Shown here piece by piece: positions 10,391 through 23,910 of a stretch of 64,000 nucleotides of DNA; within the stretch, counting starts at the first letter, position 1, and every line of letters starts with the position of its first letter. The DNA is from Octopus sinensis (Eukaryota): NCBI RefSeq assembly GCF_006345805.1, contig NC_043008.1, positions 25,916,001 through 25,980,000 on the forward strand, in the 5' to 3' direction. A model generated the notes under the pieces. It did no database searches. It was given only the letters and a program-made list of their open reading frames with translations, and was not told where the DNA came from. The position numbers were made by a program, and so were the translations under genes.

Positions 10391-12433
10391 CTTCATCTGC
10401 ACAAAAATAAAAACCCTTCATCAGCACAAAGGTAAAACATACAGAAAGATAAATCACAAAATCTACAACTTATCATAATATAATTTTTAAATAAAATATT
10501 GGGGATTTGATCTGTTACAGTGGAACTTCTATGCTACTTTGTGACCTAATGCAAAACACAGAAGCAACGTACCATTATTATCATCATTTTATTCTTATGA
10601 TATAATTGTGACAGTCTCAAAATGCTAATGGGCTAATGGGCATAGAAAGCCTAATGTTCCAAAGTAAATATAAAGAACTAATTAGGAAATATGGAAAATC
10701 CTTAATAAAAGGGCATCAAACTGTTTCCGGTTTACATATAGACATACTCATACATACAAATGCATTCTCAAACTCATCTATACACATGCATAAGGCTGTA
10801 ATAACCTATACATAGCTTCATAAGGCCATTCCTACAATGAAGATTCCATAAGTGCATGTTTGACTTGGTTGCTTGCAACAATTTAATTCAATGAAGGCAG
10901 TACATTAAGAGGCAGATATTTTTCCAGATAAAGATTATTTAAGCTGTCATAAAAAATTTGAATGCTAAATGGAGAAGAAAAGTTTGTTAAGTCAGGCAAA
11001 CATGAAATTTAGGAAAGAAAATTATATGAGAAAAAAAGTTACAAAAATACAACATAGGATATATATATATATATATATTGGCTCTGAGTGAAAATGAACA
11101 AGATCAACTGTTGCAAAAATAGGTTATCTGATCATTGATATGAACTTGCATTGGAAGCAAGTTGTCCTTTTTATTTTATACCTCATGTTGTGAAATTATC
11201 AGGGAAACTATCAAGGAAATAAAAAAAAACATCTACTTGACCATCTACTGCTGCAAAAGTAAAAGTAACACGCACGCAAGCATGCAGATGTACAGACACC
11301 GCACACAAACGCACACATGCATGCACGTGTGTGCATACACACATATGCACATGCACACACTCATATATAGATGGAATCTATTATTTAATTTATTCCCTCA
11401 TTATTCCACTCCATCTACTCACACAATATGTAGTATTTGAATCATGCCTGTTAACTATGATTTCTGAAGTGATATCATATTTACATTTTTTCTTCATATT
11501 TACTTATTTTATTTTACCATTTTGTTCATGTTACCGTTAAATTTTTCACCTTCATTGTCTATTGCTCTCATTACATATTTTAATTTTTATTCATTGATTT
11601 TTGTTTTTCACTATTTGTGTTTTTGGATTTAAATTTAAGTTCTAATTATAACTTATATTTTGTATGGTAATTATTATAATTATAGCCTCTCTTTATATTT
11701 GCCTTTATAATTATTTATCTTTTTTATCTTATACATTGTGATATATACTTACCAGTATACCTGAGTCATCAAAAATGCTAATTGTTTCATAACAATAGAG
11801 TTAATATACATACACACACACACACACACATACACACACACATACGTGCATACACACACATACACTTTTGAAGTGTGTGAACAATCAGATACAATGATAA
11901 CAACTCTATTGAAAACAGTATTGTCTTTGTATTTCCAGTCACTGTTTCACTGTATCAGTAGCAACTGGTTGTCTTTTATCATGTGCTGCCAGAGAATACC
12001 TGGTACTGACAAAACTCAAAAATGCAGAAACATGTATTTAGCAATGCCACTAATGCTACAGGATGAATTTCATCTGCTGCTGATATATTTCTTTGATTTT
12101 AACTCTATTCTTTTATAAGAGATGTTTTCTCAATATGAATACCACAGTTTAGCAAGCTTTCTATGAATGTCTGCTTTAAGTATTCTATGCAGATTGCTAT
12201 TTTGAGCTGATGCTATTTCCATTGCTAATAGCAAAGTATTTATAAACATATCTATCTTATATTAAGCCTTCTGGATCTCACCTTATAGTTGTGTATTTCT
12301 CCCTGTAATATCCATTGAAGTCTTATGAATCTTCTATTAATTTGGAATACTATGCTCACCAGGATCCTGTATGATGTACTAATGAGGCAATATCCAGAAT
12401 CACAATTATCCTCTCAATATATATATATATATA

Positions 12434-12517
12434 TAAATGGTGGTGTCAGTTCAGACACATATAGCTGGTTGTTTTAAAATAACCAGCTATGTGTGTCTGA
12501 ACTGACACCACCATTTA
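12434..12517. repeat. 84-bp spacerless palindrome
   Basis: taaatggtggtgtcagttcagacacatatagctggttgtttt / aaaataaccagctatgtgtgtctgaactgacaccaccattta, with 2 mismatches. Confidence 0.95.
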
Positions 12518-12907
12518 ACATATTTTGTTTAGAGTTCTTTTTTTTTCTTTTCATTTGGAAATATATTTCTTGCAAATTTACCCCCACCTCAAAAGATTGC
12601 CTTTTATATTATTAAAACACGTTCTGTTTGTCAATCCATGCTTTACACATCCCTTTCTTTTACCTTTTGCAGCCTTCCATTATGGTTCTGTTGATTAAGA
12701 GTGGATCTTTACAACCATGTGAGTCTTTGCAGTTACTGTCTGAGGTTACTTCCGTAATTATTATAGCCTTGCATGATTCATGTTGTTTTGAACAAAAATT
12801 TACAGTGATTGCTTGCATGCTCCTACACCTCTTATAGTTGTTTCATTGATTTTTATTTTACTTTATTTATTACAAACACACACATGCACACACACACACA
12901 CACATTT

Positions 12908-13485
12908 CATCATCATCATCATCATCATCATCATTGTTTAACTTCTATTTTCCAGACTGGCATGGATTGGAGGGTTTGACTAGGGACTGGCAAACCAGGA
13001 GGCCGCACCAGGCTCTAATCTGATCTGGCAATGCTTCTACAGCTGGATGCTCTTCCCAACGCCAACTACTTCGAGAGTGTAGTGGGTGCTTTTTATGTGC
13101 CACTGGCATGGGAGCCAGTCAGGCGGTACTGGCATCAGCCACGTTTGGATCGTGTCTTTTACATGCCACCAGCACAGGAGCAAGTTGGGGCGAGGGAACT
13201 GGCATCGACCATGTTCTGATGGTGCTTTTTACATGCCACTGGCACGAGGCACCAGTCGAGCAGCACTGGCAATGACCCACGCATGAATGGCACTTATTGT
13301 GTTCCACCAGCATGGGTGCCAGTCAGGCAGCACTGGCATCGGCCACAACTACAATTTCCATTTGATTGTGATTTGATTTGACTTGATTTGATTTGATTTT
13401 GATTTTGATTTTGATTTTGACTCAATAGGCTTCCTCAAGCATGACACTGGTGTAGGCTATGGCTGTGATCTCACTTTACTTGCCA
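12908..13485 (-). mobile_element. RTE 3'-UTR-derived element with internal ~65-70 bp tandem units
   Basis: (CAT)n tail, 'ctacagctggatgctcttcccaacgccaac', and four copies of 'gtgctttttacatgccactggca'. Confidence 0.75.
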
Positions 13486-13487
13486 GG

Positions 13488-14310
13488 TTTTCTTCAACAA
13501 TTTGGAAAGGTTCCTAAACTTGGAAAATGTGTGCCTCATGAATTGTCTGAAAGCAACCACAAATCCCGAGTTGACATCTGCTCTTCTCTCCATTCTCACA
13601 AGCTCATTTCACCCTTTTTGGATAGACTTGTGACTGGTGATGAAAAATGGATCTTCTATCGAAATGTTAAACATCGTAAACAGTGACTTGGTAAAAGGGA
13701 AAAAGCTCAACCACAACCAAGAAGGAAACTTCATGGGAGAAAGGTTCTTCTCTCTATCTGGTGGGATTGCAAAGGAGTAATTCACTTTGAATTGTTACCA
13801 CCTAATGCAGCAATCAATGCTCAAGTCTACTGTCAGCAATTAGAGCGTTTGAACCAAGCTTTGAAGAAAAAAAGATCGGGTTTAGTGAATTGAAAAGGAG
13901 TGTGTCTGTGTTTGTACCCCCAACATCACTAGACAACTGATGCTGGTGCTTTTACATTACTGTAACTTAGCAGGATCACATCACAGAATATCGAAGAGCT
14001 TGGTTGGGAAAAAATTCCTCACCACCCACCTTATTCTCCCGACCTTGCTCCTTCAGACTATCATTTGTTTCATAGTTTACAGAATCATTTGGGGGACATA
14101 ACTTTTGCAAACCAGGAGGAGGTCGAAACTGACATTTCAGAGTTCTTCACTTTGAAACCAAAAGAGTTTTACACTGATTGGATTAAAAAGCTTGTAAATA
14201 GATGGAAGGAATTCATAGATAATCAGGGAAAGTACATTGATGATTAAATTTCAATTAAATATAACATTTGATCACTTGTTTTCTTTATTGAAAATTGACA
14301 TATTAATATG
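13488..14310 (+). mobile_element. mariner transposase relic (5'-truncated) with an internal SINE fragment
   Basis: Motifs GKCVPHELSE, LDRLVTGDEKWIFYRN, KVLLSIWWD, HPPYSPDLAPSDYHLFHSLQNHL. A family B SINE fragment lies at ~13901-13973. Confidence 0.9.
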
Positions 14311-14374
14311 ACATTAATTAGAGCAAGGCCATGCACTTAATAACTTGATAAAATATAAATTTTCCAGAAAGAAT

Positions 14375-15205
14375 ATTTTCTTTTATTCTTTTATATGTTT
14401 TAGTCATTTGACTGTGGCCATGCTGGAGCACCACCTTTAGTCGAGCTATTCAACCCCAGAATTTATTCTTTGTAAGCCTAGTACTTATTCTATTAGTCTC
14501 TTTTGCCAAACTGCTAAGTTACAGGAATGTAAAAACACCAGCATTGGTTGTCAAGTGATGTGGGGGGTGACAAATACAGACACACAAACATATGCATACA
14601 TATATCATTATCATTATCATCATCATTGTTTAACGTCCACTTTCCATGCTGACATGGGTTGGATGGTTTGACTGAGGACTGGTCATCAGGTTCAATCTGA
14701 CCTGGCAAAGTTTCTACAGCTGGATGCCCTTCCTAACGCCAACCACTCTAAGACTGTAGTGAGTGCCACTGGTATGAGGGGCAGTCAAGTGGTTCTGGCA
14801 ACAACCACCTCAAAAGGTGTTTTTATGTGCTACTTGCATGGGAGCCAGTAAGGCAACGCTGGCAATGATCACACTCGGATGTGCCAATCAGGTGGTACTA
14901 TCATTGGCCACGTCAGCGATTTTGATTTGTTTACACTTGCCTCAATAGGTATTCGCAAGCAAAGTTCATTGTCTGATGAATGAGAGGTACTCATAAGTGG
15001 GCCAGTTACACCCCACGTTCAGATATATATATATATATACACAACAGACTTCTTTCATTTTCTGTCTGCCAAATCCACTCAAAAGGCTTTGGTTGGCCTG
15101 AGGCTATAGTAGAAGACATTTGCCCAAGGTGTCATACAGTGGGACTGAACCCAGAACCATATGGTTGATAAGAAAGCTACTTACCACACACCCACTCCTG
15201 CATCT
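14375..15205 (-). mobile_element. SINE family B split by an RTE-tail element (~14605-15015)
   Basis: The tail half (14375-14600) and head half (15040-15205) match the reverse complement of the intact copy at 36647-37050. Confidence 0.8.
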
Positions 15206-16984
15206 ATATATATAAATCAAAAGTAATTCTTTATTTTTCTTAGTAACAAAGTTTTGATAGTTATCTAGTTTTGGTAGATTCTGGCATACTAAAATTGATA
15301 TAGAATCAATCAGTCAATGAACTGAATAATTTCCTGGTATTTGCCTTAGCAGATTTAATTTCCATCTTCCCAAGTTGTTTATCAAGGGACAGTGAAATAC
15401 TTTCAGTTTTATTTAATCCCCCTTATTTCAAAAACTTGTCTAAATAAAAACAGTTGGTCTTGGATTTTTTACACATACTGTTGTTCTCCTATTCTATTTT
15501 TTAGTTTTACCATTAGGCTGCATCCGTGTGCAGTTTCTATTCCTGCACAGAAGATGACTGAATGAGATCCACTGTAAATTGATATTTACTGTGTAAGACC
15601 CTAAACAGATGAAATATAAAGGTGGCCTGATATGGTTTGAACTCATAACTAAGAGAAACTAAATCACTAATTATTGAATATTTGTGCACTAAACTTAATT
15701 CTATGGATTGAGTTCAGAAGCAGTTGAAATTAAATGTCAGGTAACCTGAAATTTAAGTACCAGATTATCCATTTTCTTTTACTATTTATCCAGGGAGCAA
15801 GTGGCAGCATCATTGGTCCTTTATTTTGTCAAAGTTTCTGAGATGGATGGGAATAAACATGGTCATTATCCTAAAACTGAAGGCATAAACCTGGAAGCTT
15901 TCCAAAGACTGAACTTCACTGAAGGCAATCAATGACCTAGTGGTGTTGTTAAACTAAGCAACAGATTAAGTCTACCACCCAAAAACTCAGAATGCAAAGT
16001 GCCATAATAACTATTGCATGATATTCTCATTTGATGCTCTAACAATCTTACTAGCCTGCTGCCCTAGACTGATACATTATTTCATCAACCTGGAAAGGAT
16101 AATAGGCAAAGGTGACCTCCATAGGATTTGATTTCAGAATGCAAATTTAGCAAAACATTTTATCCTACAACACTGCCAATTCAGTACCAGTGGGAAATTA
16201 TGTCTCATTCACTTAAAGCTATAAAATCATTGTAAACACCTTCTGACTTAACAGATATTTGTATTCTTCATATTTTATGTCCATTTCCCTATGCATTATC
16301 ATTAATATTTTAGTTAATTATAACTAATTTTAAAACTTTTCTCCTGGAATATGAAATCAGGCTCCTTGCTATAAATGTAAGAATTTCTACTGGAAATGCC
16401 TAATATTTGAAAGTGGATAACATTCTTTATTCTCCATTACCATAATTAATCATAAAGTTATTACAAATGTAGTCCAGCTGAAGTGCTGTTATTTCAAGAA
16501 TCTCAATTGAAATTATCTTGTTTACTCACTTCTCTATCATAAAGGTATGAGAAACTGAAGATTATAAAACTTTTAACTCAGTATTACAAAATGTGCATAT
16601 GTAAACCTGGTGTATATGGCAACCTCAAAATAGTTGACACATAGTCTAGCTGTAGGCTTGCATTTGTTGTACAAGTCAGCTGAGCACCTCATCTCAAAGA
16701 ATTTACCTTAGCTAAAATATTCAAAGTCACTATTCTTAAATCTTTTATGGAATGGCACTGCAAACTTTCAGCCAAAAGACTGATAGATATTACCACTCTA
16801 TACATGCTTACTTGATGTATTACGCAGGTCTGAATTGAAACTGAAATTTTGATATAATTCACCAATTGTATTGCTTATAGATAGTCAAGTATATTGCCAG
16901 CTATGGTACTTGTTTGAAATTGGGATATACACTGAGTTTTACTGTATACAATATTTACAGTTTCTAGAGTGTATTGTTATGTAA

Positions 16985-17760
16985 AAGAGGGTTTGCCCCA
17001 GGGATTACTATATGCAGATGGCCTTGTGTTAACAAAGCATATGGATGGGTTTAAAGAGACAAATGGAAGGAATGTATGGTGACAAAATGTACTAAGTTGT
17101 ATGAAGTATGTGGTGAGGTTGAAAGAACAGGGATTTGGCCATGTGCAATGCCCAGGGAAGGTATGGCATTTATTTCATTAAATGTACAATATGCACTAGG
17201 CAGGTTCAATTGAAAATATTGAGATGTAGGTGGGTTATTTTCACATGTGTCAGTTAAATTTAAACTGTATATGAAGAAAGCTGCAGATGGAGGGAATGTT
17301 AAACTGAAATGTTGAGAGTGTGATGATGGAATTTTATTATTTAGGAGACGTGTTAAATAGAGAAGGTGGAACATACATGTAAAAGTTTCAAGGTGCCAAG
17401 TAATGTGTTAATGAGGAAGGTAGTGTTGCTGAAGCTAAAAGGAATAATTTATGTTTAATATGTGAGAATTTCATGATTTATAAGAGCAAAGAGGTGATGC
17501 ATGTAGAGTAGGAGAGAAAGTTAAAGAAAATACAAATGCAAATGGTTTGGTGTGTGAGCAAGAAAGAAATGACTGGGTTGGAAGCTGAGGAAAGCTGAAA
17601 GTGACTGAGTGAGAGGAATGATGGAAATTGGTATGGAAGGAAGTTGAGGAATGTGGAAATGAATATGAAAAGAAGTAGAGGAATACATGGGCAAAGTTAT
17701 GGGCAAGGATTGTTGAGGGGAGATGTAGTGAGTAAAAATGGATAAAAACTATTATGGAAT
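16985..17760 (+). mobile_element. Old, degraded RTE LINE fragment
   Basis: LLYADGL (YADD relic), GIWPCAM and KCTICT (relic of the Cys-rich insert), and FYYLGD, colinear with the RTE at 38498-39775. Confidence 0.6.
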
Positions 17761-18653
17761 GCTATAAAACTAATTCCTGCCTTAGGAAAGTAGTCCCAAA
17801 ATATTTGTTGTTTTCTAAGATGGTATAGTGTGATGATGGACGTTTGGCTGTTCTTACTAACAAGCCAAATGACCAGACACAGGCTCCTTTGTTGATTTGA
17901 ATTACTGAATGTGCTATTGCTTACCACTGATGTCTTAATATCCAACATTACATTATGAAGTGAATAAATTGTTCAGGCTGGGAAAATTTTCTAATTTTCT
18001 AAATTTTCCTATTAATATTGTAGGCTACCAAATATTGTAGACTATAAAACTTCTCATCAATCATCAATGTGCAGTTAGATTAGTGTGCTGTCTTGCACTC
18101 ATTTTGTCTTTGTTCTTATTTGCTGACACAAAGATGATTTAGGACTTACTTTGGGCACAGCCCTGCATGCATAACATGACATGAATATATAAATCTTCAA
18201 CAAAACATTTGTCTAGTTTTCTAATCAGCTATTGTCAGAAATATTGCAAAAGAAAGCCATATAAACATGAACAATCAGACTGATCAGAATTTATTACAAA
18301 ACAAAAAGGTTTCATACTTGAGCAAATGAAAAACATGTATTACTCATATTGATGGCCATTTTATTATAGTAAACTGAGTCCAAACACTTCTGATAAATTG
18401 AATTCACAAGCTATTTTTAAGATTGGCAGAACTGTTACAACATCAGACAGAATGCTTGGAAGATTTAGTTATGGCTTTTTCATTCTGAGTTTAAATCCTG
18501 CAAATGTAAACTTTACCTTTCATTCTACTAGTGGTCAATAAAATGAAGAATTGATCAAGTACTGAAGCACATTTAGTATATTCTTCTAATATATTCTAAA
18601 TGTGAATGGCATTATTGAATAACAACAACAAAAAATAATAACAACGGCAACAC

Positions 18654-18694
<41 letters not shown>

Positions 18695-19475
18695 GTAAAC
18701 AAACGATCAGCTTTTATAAAAAAAACTTTAATATCTACCACTACTGTGTGAATACTTATCCTTTCCTCTCTTCCTGAGTATTTGAAAATACAAACATCCT
18801 TTTCATTGCAAAAGTCCTACTGTATCCCCCAAAGGACAGACAAACGAACATCTTAAGAAAACTTAAAAACTTTAATATATTACCCAAATACGTAAACACA
18901 CCTTTTATTGCAACACAATTGAATTCAGGAATTAAAAAATTCAACGACATGAATATCAGTATACGTGTGTGTATATGTGTGTGTGTGTATATATTATTGT
19001 TTTTTCTACCAGTAATTACAAATAGAACAGGTTGAATTGCTTCTTTCCAAGGCAGTGCTCTCAGTGGCCACTGGTAGTAGTAAACACATTTGATTTCTGC
19101 TGACCCAAAGGGCATGAAGATTCTTTTGTCTCTATGGCTGACCTCCCCATCATCTATCGAATCTATTAATAGACCTGTAGAATAGGATCTATCCACCAAA
19201 CTGTTACCCAACTATTTCCTCCAACAATGGTAGTGGTGGTGATGGTGAGAATGATAAAAATAAAAATAAAAATAATATGCTGCAGCTGCTAATGCTGAAT
19301 ACTACTAATACTACAATAATACTACAACTACTACTACTATTATGATAGCACAGAAATATGAGGCCCAACTGCCACCCTTACCACTACCCCTACTCCACTC
19401 CTGTTACCGTTGCTGTTGCTGCAACCACTGTTGCTACTACACATAAAAACAATAATGTTAGTGATAGCAGTGATG

Positions 19476-19510
<35 letters not shown>

Positions 19511-19512
<2 letters not shown>

Positions 19513-22190
19513 AAGGAAACAGGTGGAGCCTCCTCAAGGGATGATTAATGATACATCTAGTGATGGTATCACAATAAAAACACTGGTAATTGCGCAACCT
19601 GATAATTGTTACCTCATATGAGTGACAAGGAAAAAAATATGTTGTGAATAACGGTGGTAATGAAACTGAAGCCAATGATGGTGACAGTGTTACACCTGGT
19701 AGGCTCAGAGATTCTGGTCTGACTCCAGCCTGTTGATATCCAGACAGGAACCACCATGTATGGCGTAGATGGAGCAAGCAAATTAACGCTGTGGTCATGG
19801 AGTGTTACTACCTGAGCAGCCCGGTAGATGAACATGGTGCTCAAATTGGAGAGAAAAGGGATTGTTTCAATTCCCGGAACAGAGACTATGTGATCAGGAT
19901 AGAGCAATAAGAAAAAAATATTGGTTCACAGAAGTAGAGCTCGAAGCTATCAAAAGACGGGTCATGGACAATAACAGCATAGATAAGTAGGAAAATGCAG
20001 TTCTTACTAATAAGAGTAATCTCATAGCACAGGAAAGGAGCAGTGGTATTTATTTGATGAGAGACATATAGATGATCTAAAAGAAGACAATAAAACTAAT
20101 GGCAACATGACAGATGAACAAAAAGCAATCTATGACAGAATAAAGGTAAGACTACAGGAAAATGATAGCGACATTATTTGCAACCTTAAAAATGTTGATC
20201 AATGGAAATTGAACCAAGAAATTAAAAATGTCAATGAAATTCTGAAATACATCAGAACAAACAACATTACAGAAACAAATAATTTGATCAAGGCAGCAAG
20301 TATTGTTGTAGCAGAAAATGTGGGAGTCGATGTCAAGAAAAAGAAACATAATGGGAGTGACAAAAGAAAAGATCCATAGTGGAAAAGAAGAATCCAGGCA
20401 GGGTTAGATATGCTCTCGAAGGAAATCCCTGTATTAGGGAAGAGAAAGAAGAGCTTAAAAGCGAACAGAAATACAGGGCACTGAAAAGGAAGTATAATAT
20501 TGAAACAAAGGTCCTGAAAGTAGTAATGGAGGAACTGAAATAGTGCTTCGTTGCAAAGAAAGCAAAGATGGTAGCATACGACCAAAGAATGAAGGATTAC
20601 CACCAGAATAGGTTATTCAGAGTAGATCAGATATAAAGAAATAAATGGAGAGTGTACAGATGAAATGTTGATACCAGACAACATTGAAAGTTAAAGATTT
20701 TGGAGTGAAATCTGGAGCAAAGACAAGGAGCACAAGAAGGATGCTGAATGGTTGCAAGAACTGAAACAAACAGTAGTCTGTCCAAAACAGGCAGAATCAG
20801 TCATTTCAGTTAGGGAAATCAGCAAAAAAATGAGCAACTGGAAAGCCCCAGGACCAGATGGAGTTCAAGGCTACTGGATCAAAAGTTTTGGTGAATGTCA
20901 TGCACGAATAGCTGAGCAACTCAACACCTTGTTAAAGTCCAACCAAGTAACACCAGAGTGGTTGACATTGGGTAGGACAGTGCTGTGCCTGATAAACGTA
21001 AAAAAAGTCAATACAGTAGACAATTAGAGGCTGATAACCTGTCTGCCATTGATGTGGAAGTTACTGACTGGAATATGTGCAGAGTAAATGTAAGAATGTT
21101 TGGAAAATAATAGAGTCCTGCCACATGAGCAGAAGGGTTGCAAGCATAAGTGCAGAGGTACCAAGGATCAACTCCTGATAGACAAAACAGTACTTAGAGA
21201 CTGCAACAGGAGGAAAAGTAACTTAGCCATGTCATGGATTGACTACCATAAAGCATACGATATGATCCCACATTCTTAAATTATGGAGTGATATTGCATC
21301 AAATGTTGAGTTATTGCTTGGGAAAAGTATAACGAATTGGAGGATATGGAAGAAGTTTAGGGACAGTAGAAATTAGGAGGGGCATCTTCCAAGGAGACTG
21401 CCTGTACCTACTGATCTTTGTGTTGTACTTGATACCACTAACACTGATTCTGAGGAAATCAAAAACTGGGTATGTATTCAAAAGCCACAAACAAAAAGTC
21501 AACCATTTGCTATTCACGGCTGATCTCGAACTTTATGGTAAAGATGAAGCCAAAGTCAGTTTCCTCGTTGATATGGTGTATACCTTCAGTGCTGATATCA
21601 GAATGGAGTTTGGTCTGAGAAAGTGTGGTGTGTTAGTCTTGAAGAGAGTCAAAATCAAATGTTGAATGGGCTAATGATACCGTTGGGGAAGGTTATGAAG
21701 CAAATAGTAGAGATGGGGATTTGGGGAATAGATAAATTGATGGAGAAAAAAATTATAGAAAAATTTAAGGTGGAATACTTGTGCAGACTGAGACTGATCC
21801 TTAAGGTGAAATTAAACAGACAGAATAAGATTGAATCTATCAACACCTGGGTGGTTTCACACCTTAGATATGGAGCAGGGGTAATCACCTGGGCAGTAGA
21901 CGAACTAAACAGCTTAGACAGAAAGACAAGGAAGTTGCTAACTAGATATGGATCACTCCACTCAAAAAGTGACACAGACAGACTGTATGTACAAGAAAAA
22001 GAGGGGGAAGAGGACTTATTGGATGTGAACACAGCATTAGAGCAGAAGAAAACAACATAGCAGGGTATGTAAAAAATGCCACAGACCGGCTATTATTAGA
22101 AGTAGGAAGATCAGGCTTGTGTAGGATGAAAGATTGCATATATAAAGCACTATACAAGAAATTGAAAATGAATGAAACTAAAAATAGGTG
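19511..22190 (+). mobile_element. R4/Dong-clade (RLE-type) non-LTR retrotransposon, 3'-truncated, decayed
   Basis: Motifs [97 protein letters not shown] and LHSKSDTDRLYV. Preceded by (AAT)n at ~19476-19510. Confidence 0.85.
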
Positions 22191-22204
22191 AGTAAAGAAA
22201 ATAA

Positions 22205-22415
22205 TTTTTTTCTATCTAACCTCTTTCTTTCTCTCCTTCTCTTTTTCTTTCTCTCTCTCTCTCTGTCTTTACCGCTGCCCTCACCGTCTCTATACCTACT
22301 ATTACTCTCATCCCATCATGAGGAATAGTAGGAGTGTCATTGAATAGTGAGAGACGGGGGTCTAAGAGTGACATGCTGACACACAGAAATTAGTTTATGC
22401 ATTTATTATATTAGA
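22205..22415 (-). mobile_element. Putative Helitron-like 5' terminal fragment, copy 1
   Basis: The minus strand begins A|TCTAATATAATAAA, as Helitron 5' ends do. About 130 bp is shared with copy 2. No CTAG 3' end was seen. Confidence 0.45.
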
Positions 22416-22660
22416 TGTTTAATTTTGTGGAAACTGTATTTCAGTCACGGTGTATTTTATGTGTGTGTGCATGAGTGTGTGCGCATGTGTGTGAGTGTAT
22501 GTGTATATATGCACACACACACACACATGTATGTATGTATGTATGTATTAAAGAAAGCAGAAAATAAAATAAAAATGATAGTGGTCAGCTGGTTCAGTAT
22601 ACTGGCCACAAGAATTTCTGTCCAAGAAAGTTGTACATCATCTTCCTTTTTCTCTCACAT

Positions 22661-22698
<38 letters not shown>

Positions 22699-22744
22699 TT
22701 ACTCTCGTCGTCACCATCAGCACTACTGATTTTAATAAAACATC

Positions 22745-22953
22745 ATCAACTCTTCCTAAATTTCTTTGTCTCTTTTTCTCTCCCTCTCCATTTCTTTCTT
22801 TCTCTTTCTCTCTGTCTTTCCCACCACCCTCACCATCTCTATGCCTACAATTACTCTCACTCAAACATGAGGAAATGTCATTGAATAGTGAGAGAGGGGG
22901 TCAAAGTGTGACACACTGACACAGAAATTAGTCTTTGCCTTTATTATATTAGA
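22745..22953 (-). mobile_element. Putative Helitron-like 5' terminal fragment, copy 2
   Basis: Diverged direct duplicate of 22205-22415, ending in the same 'tttattatattagat'. Confidence 0.45.
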
Positions 22954-23504
22954 TGGTTGTTTGCATTACAATTCAATATTCATCTCTTTCATTTTGCTTT
23001 ATTTCACAGAAGATAAATTAGTGAATTAGTTTAAGTTCTGTTTACAATCATAACATGTTAGATTATTAACCCTAAGTGGGAAGCTGATGTTAATATCATA
23101 CTTGGATTTTTAAGGGAGTGGGGTAGTATAAAGATGCTTATCAAAAGCATGCTACCTAAGGTATATATGAGAAGTGTAATGCAGCCTGAATGAATTTGAC
23201 TGGAATGAGATGGTTTAATCCCATTAATGTGTAACTGATGGAAATATGGAATGTAATTAAGTAAGAGGATAGCAAATACTGGTGTACTAGAAGTGATATG
23301 ACTTTATTGGTATGGTCATGTAATATGAATGAATAGTTTATGCAGAGGAAAATGTACTGTGTAGGTGATGTAAAGAAACTGAGTATGGCCTGATAAGAAG
23401 TGATTAACTGAAGTGGTAGATCTCAGAAGACTTGAGCTTGTAAAAGAATTGATATAGAATCAAGAAGCTGAGTGGCATCTATTTTGTTGAAGCATCTTGT
23501 CGAA

Positions 23505-23910
23505 TTCTTTTATCTTTTACTTATTTCAGTCATTCAGCTGTGGTCGCGATGGGACACTACCGTGAAAGTTTTAGTAAAACAAGTTGACCCAAGTACTTAT
23601 TGTTTCAGCCTTGTACTTATTTTATCGTATCCTGTTAACAAAATCTTTAAGTTATGTTGACACAAACAAATCAGTGCTGGTTGTTAAATTGCAGTGTGAA
23701 TCAAACTCAAAGACACACACACATATGCATGCACACACACACATACACACACACATATTCACATGATGAACTTCTTTCAGTTTCTGCCCACAAAACTTTG
23801 GTCACTTTGTAGCTATAGTAGATGATACTTGCCTAAAGTATCATACAGTGGAACTGAACCTTGTACCATGTAGTTGGAATGCAAGCTTCTTACCACCAAG
23901 CCATACCATA
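23505..23910 (-). mobile_element. SINE family B (degraded)
   Basis: Reverse complement similarity to 36647-37050, including the central (CA)n. Confidence 0.7.

Noticed and set aside
13085-13345. CRISPR-like repeat/spacer appearance
   Set aside because: The spacers are homologous to one another, the repeats are degenerate, the context is a eukaryotic LINE UTR and no cas genes are present.
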